Assembly: GCA_963779865.1 (NCBI GenBank)
Contig: CAVZZX010000004.1
Span: 42,661 to 106,660, forward strand
From: an uncultured Gammaproteobacteria bacterium
GTDB lineage: Bacteria > Pseudomonadota > Gammaproteobacteria > CAVZZX01
Reading direction: 5' to 3'
Length of the DNA: 64,000 nucleotides
Part shown: positions 60,601-64,000 of the stretch, in pieces
Numbering within the stretch: position 1 is the first letter of the stretch
How the letters are laid out: each line of letters opens with the position of its first letter
Made by a program: the position numbers and the translations under genes
The notes under the pieces: model-generated
Database searches by the model: none
Seen by the model: only the letters and a program-made list of their open reading frames with translations
Told to the model about the DNA's origin: nothing

Positions 60601-60921
60601 ATGACACGCTTTGCGCCCCTCGCTGCCAGCCTGGTCCTACTGCTCGCCGCCGGCGGCGCGCAGGCAGCCGATCTCCAGCGCGGCAAGCAGCTGCACGACG
60701 CCAACTGCATCCGCTGTCACGCGTCCATCATGGGCGGCAACGGCACTGCGATCTACACGCGGCCGGACCGTCGCATCGATTCACTTCCCGCCCTGGAGAA
60801 ACAGGTGCGCCGCTGCAAGAACAGCCTGGGCATCTCCTGGCCGGACGACCAGGTGCAGGACGTCGTCGCCTATCTGAACAAGAACTTCTACAAGTTCGGC
60901 CAGCAGGCGAGCGGGAAATAG
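60601..60921 (+). CDS. Small periplasmic monoheme cytochrome c (probable His/Cys ligation)
   Basis: Signal peptide, CIRCH heme motif, a third Cys in QVRRCKN, C-terminal helix VVAYLN. Confidence 0.85.
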   Translation: MTRFAPLAASLVLLLAAGGAQAADLQRGKQLHDANCIRCHASIMGGNGTAIYTRPDRRIDSLPALEKQVRRCKNSLGISWPDDQVQDVVAYLNKNFYKFGQQASGK

Positions 60922-60999
60922 GCATCGCCCCGCAGATGGCGGCGCGGATCCGCATGGCCCGGACGGAGGGCTGAGCCCGCCCCGGGCTCCTGGATCATC

Positions 61000-61980
61000 G
61001 TGGCCGCGCGCCGACTCAGCCGACAACAGCGCGAGCGCATTGCCGCCGGTCAACAGCGCCGCCGCGAACAGGCCGCAGACCCGGCTGACGCAGATGGGCA
61101 GGGCGGGCTTCTGATCAGTCATTTCGGGCGTGAGCTGGAGATCGAGGATGCCTCCGGCCTGCTGCACCGCTGCACCGCACGGCGTCATCTGGGCCCGCTG
61201 GCGGCCGGTGACCGGGTGGTATGGCGCAGCGCGGCGGCGGGTTGCGTGGTGCTCGCCCGCGAGCCGCGGCGCAGCGAGCTGGTCCGTCACGACGGCAGCG
61301 GCAAGGCGCGGCTGATGGCCGCGAACGTCGACCGGCTGCTCGTGGTGATCGCCCCGGAGCCGGCGTGGAACGCCTGGCAGCTCGATCGCTACCTCGTGGC
61401 CGCCGAACACTGTGCCATCCCCCCCGCCATCGTGGTCAACAAGGTCGACCTGCTCGATGCCGCCGGCCGCAGCGCCCTGCGCGAGCGCCTGCGCGCCTAC
61501 GCGGACATCGGCTATCCACTGGTGTTCACCAGCAGCCATGAACAACACGGGCAGGACCCGCTGCGCGCCCTGCTGCGGGCGCACATCAGCGTGGTCGTCG
61601 GCCAATCGGGCGTGGGCAAGTCCTCGCTGGTCAACACCCTGGTGCCCGATGCGGCGGCACGGATCGGCGCAATCTCCACGGCGTCGGGGGGCGGCCGCCA
61701 TACCACGACGGCGGCCCGCCTGTACCACCTGCCCGATGGCGGCGCGCTCATCGACTCGCCCGGGGTGCGCGAGTTCGGGCTCGAGCGTATGCCGCCCGAG
61801 GACGTGGCGCGCGGCTTTCCCGAGTTTCGCCCCTATCTGGGCCGCTGCCGCTTCCGCGATTGCAGCCATCTCGACGACCCGGGCTGTGCGGTGCACCGCG
61901 GCGTCGAGGAGGGCACGATCAGCCCGGCGCGTCTGGAGAGCTATCGACGCATCCTGGAGTTTTTCCAGACGCCCGCCTGA
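61000..61980 (+). CDS. rsgA: Ribosome small-subunit-dependent GTPase
   Basis: NKVDL, GQSGVGKSSL, GRHTTT, DSPGVREF, CRFRDCSH..PGCAV. Confidence 0.96.
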   Translation: MAARRLSRQQRERIAAGQQRRREQAADPADADGQGGLLISHFGRELEIEDASGLLHRCTARRHLGPLAAGDRVVWRSAAAGCVVLAREPRRSELVRHDGSGKARLMAANVDRLLVVIAPEPAWNAWQLDRYLVAAEHCAIPPAIVVNKVDLLDAAGRSALRERLRAYADIGYPLVFTSSHEQHGQDPLRALLRAHISVVVGQSGVGKSSLVNTLVPDAAARIGAISTASGGGRHTTTAARLYHLPDGGALIDSPGVREFGLERMPPEDVARGFPEFRPYLGRCRFRDCSHLDDPGCAVHRGVEEGTISPARLESYRRILEFFQTPA

Positions 61981-61993
61981 GCCGGCCGCGGCC

Positions 61994-62893
61994 TCAGTGC
62001 GGGCCCGCCGCCGGGCCCGCCGATGCGGCGGGCGTCTTCGCCACCCCGCCCTCGCTGAGTCCGATGCTGCGCTCGGTGGCCTTGTTCATCACGATGATGC
62101 TGATGCGCCGGTTGATCGGACTGTAGGGGTCCTGTTTGTCGAACAGCACCGAGGACGCCAGGCCCACCACACGGCCGATCTTGCCAGGCACCATCCCTCC
62201 TTCCACCAACGCGCGCCGCGCCGCGTTGGCGCGATCGGCGGACAACTCCCAGTTGCCGTAATCGCGCCGACCGGAGAGGTACTGACGTGCATCGGTGTGG
62301 CCGGTGATGCTGATCTTGTTCGGGACCTCATCGATCGTGTGCGCGATCTCGATCAGGATCTTGCGGGTATAGGACTTGAGCTCGGCCTCGCCCACCGCAA
62401 ACATGGGCCGATTTTCCTTGTCGACGATCTGGATGCGCAGCCCCTCGGGGGTAATGTCGAGCAGGAGCTGATCCTTGAAGGGCTTCAAGGCCTGGCTCTG
62501 TTCGATGCTGGCCTTGAGTTCCTGGAGAAGCTGGTCGAGACGGCGCTTGTCGGCCGCCGCCTCCTCGGCCTGCACCGGCTTGGAGTGCTGATCCCGCGCC
62601 ACGTGTTCGGGCTGCGGCACGGCGGGCGTACGCGGCAACTCCAGCGCCCCGCCCAACTTGATCATCGAGGTGCTGGCCCCACCCGGCCCCTGGATGCCGG
62701 TGGGCTCCTGGAACCAGTCGGCAATGCCTTCGCGCTGCGACTTGCTGGTCGAGCCGAGCAGCCACATCAGCAGGAAGAAGGCCATCATGGCGGTGACAAA
62801 GTCCGCGTAGGCCACCTTCCACGCACCGCCATGATGAGCGTGGCCGCCGCGCTTTACCCGCTTGATGATGATGGGCTGCTGTTTGTCCTGCAT
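61994..62893 (-). CDS. motB: Flagellar stator protein MotB
   Basis: HHGGAWKVAYADFVTAMMAFF, GHTDA, NWELSADRANAAR. Confidence 0.95.
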   Translation of the reverse strand: MQDKQQPIIIKRVKRGGHAHHGGAWKVAYADFVTAMMAFFLLMWLLGSTSKSQREGIADWFQEPTGIQGPGGASTSMIKLGGALELPRTPAVPQPEHVARDQHSKPVQAEEAAADKRRLDQLLQELKASIEQSQALKPFKDQLLLDITPEGLRIQIVDKENRPMFAVGEAELKSYTRKILIEIAHTIDEVPNKISITGHTDARQYLSGRRDYGNWELSADRANAARRALVEGGMVPGKIGRVVGLASSVLFDKQDPYSPINRRISIIVMNKATERSIGLSEGGVAKTPAASAGPAAGPH

Positions 62894-62906
62894 GCGCGGC
62901 GACGCC

Positions 62907-63767
62907 TCAGGCGGGGCGATTCTCCTTCAGGTGGTTCTCCAGCTCCTCGAAGGCGGGCCGCTCGGAGCTGTAGAGCACCTTGCGCCCGAACTCCACCGCG
63001 ATCTGCGGCGTGTAGCCATTGAGCGTGGCGAGGATGCACACCTTGATGCACTCCAGGAACTTGCTCTGTTCGCGTGCGCGGTGCTCCAGGGCGGAGGCCA
63101 TGGGCGCCACCAGCCCGTAGGCGAGCAGGATGCCGAGGAAGGTGCCCACCAGGGCCGCGGCGATATGCTTGCCGAGCACCTCCGGCGGCTCGTTGAGCGC
63201 GCCCATGGTGATCACCACACCGAGCACCGCGGCGACGATGCCGAAACCCGGCAGGCCGTCGGCGACGCGGTTCAAGGCACTGCCGGGCTGCTCGGCCTCG
63301 TGATGATGGGTCTCCAGGTCGAGGTCCATGAGGTTCTCGATCTCGAAGGCGTTCATGTTGCCGCCCACCATCAGGCGCAGATAGTCGGTAATGAACTCGC
63401 GCACCGCCTGGTCCTTCGCCACCCACGGGTAGCGAGCGAAGATCTCGCTCTGCTCGGGGTCCTCGATATCCGCCTCCAGCGCCATCAGGCCCTGCTTGCG
63501 CGACTTGCTGAACAGCTCGTAGAGCAGGCTCAGCAGGTCCAGGTAATGGCGTTTGCGATACGGCGCACCGCGCAGCAGCGCCGGCACGTTGGCCAGCACG
63601 GCCTTGATGATCTTGCCGGGGTTGGAGATCACGAAGGCACCGGCGGCGGCGCCGGCGATGATCAGCATCTCGTACGGTTGTACCAGGGCGAGCATCTGCC
63701 CGTGCGACAGGACATAGCCGCCCGCCACGCTCCCGAACACCATGACCAATCCGACGATCAGCTTCAT
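62907..63767 (-). CDS. motA: Flagellar stator protein MotA
   Basis: RKQGLMALE, GLPGFGIVAAV, ALVGTFLG, AVEFGRK. Confidence 0.95.
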   Translation of the reverse strand: MKLIVGLVMVFGSVAGGYVLSHGQMLALVQPYEMLIIAGAAAGAFVISNPGKIIKAVLANVPALLRGAPYRKRHYLDLLSLLYELFSKSRKQGLMALEADIEDPEQSEIFARYPWVAKDQAVREFITDYLRLMVGGNMNAFEIENLMDLDLETHHHEAEQPGSALNRVADGLPGFGIVAAVLGVVITMGALNEPPEVLGKHIAAALVGTFLGILLAYGLVAPMASALEHRAREQSKFLECIKVCILATLNGYTPQIAVEFGRKVLYSSERPAFEELENHLKENRPA

Positions 63768-63804
63768 CGTCTCTGCACGTCCGCCAAGCCGAATGCCTAC
63801 GCCC

Positions 63805-63831
63805 TTATCGACCCCGCGCGCCGGATCTTGA
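63805..63831 (-). promoter_or_regulatory. sigma28 (FliA) promoter of motAB
   Basis: TCAAG-14 nt-GTCGATAA. Confidence 0.8.
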
Positions 63832-63837
63832 AGGCTC

Positions 63838-63865
63838 TAAAGATTTTCCGCGCGCGGACCGATAG
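63838..63865 (+). promoter_or_regulatory. Possible sigma28 promoter of the divergent gene
   Basis: TAAAG-15 nt-ACCGATAG. Confidence 0.45.
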
Positions 63866-63889
63866 GCTGGTCATACAAGGGACAGCGCA

Positions 63890-64000
63890 ATGCAGAAGAC
63901 CATCCGGCAATGGGCCGATCGCCTGGGCGGCAACCCGCTCCCGGTGCTCGCCCGTACCACCCGCGAGCTCGAACCGCTGGTGGGCGCGCCGCAGACCCGC
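63890..64000 (+). CDS. 5' fragment of a gene divergent from motA (possibly HDOD-domain)
   Basis: MQKTIRQWADRLGGNPLPVLARTTRELEPLVGAPQTR; W..RL...LPVL resembles HDOD N-termini, and the pseudomonad synteny fits. Confidence 0.5.
   Translation, partial: MQKTIRQWADRLGGNPLPVLARTTRELEPLVGAPQTR

Noticed and set aside
62760-62830. MotB has Leu at the position equal to E. coli V43, a suggested Na+ signature
   Set aside because: The FFLLMW pattern also occurs in proton-driven proteobacterial MotB proteins, so a single residue is not diagnostic.

Overview
A GC-rich (roughly 70% by eye) chromosomal core region of a motile gammaproteobacterium with Pseudomonas/Chromatiales-like gene order. It contains no mobile elements, CRISPR arrays, rRNA or tRNA genes that I could see. 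Left half: cysS (partial)-gltX / ppiA-ppiB-lpxH; a DUF4412-DUF455-glycerate kinase operon; a NUDIX hydrolase; and the long minus-strand run leuCDB-asd-fimV-ecfT-truA-trpFBA-accD-folC-dedD-cvpA-purF-metZ. A clear SAM-II riboswitch wired to an intrinsic terminator lies upstream of metZ. Middle: DUF1207, MFS, aroC, a PAS-GGDEF-EAL protein, hemN (FNR box), prmB, a DUF481 barrel, and the AmmeMemoRadiSam trio. Right half: the flagellar/chemotaxis cluster fliL to flhB, flhA, flhF, flhG, fliA, cheYZAB, motCD, parA, cheW x2 and DUF2802, which converges on a FliK-like and a stand-alone FlhB-C gene. After it come orn, an M48 peptidase, a small cytochrome c, rsgA and motAB. The most interesting signals are: (1) the transcription-attenuating SAM-II switch; (2) an ORF-track-missed 51-aa microprotein ending in a FliK-like tail (HIDEYA), next to FliK-like and FlhB-C genes; (3) four +1 insertions confined to leuCDB, each readable as a base inserted into a CC; (4) an FNR class II, apparently leaderless hemN; (5) a probable His/Cys-ligated cytochrome c. 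All functional calls come from motif recognition by eye; no database searches were run.
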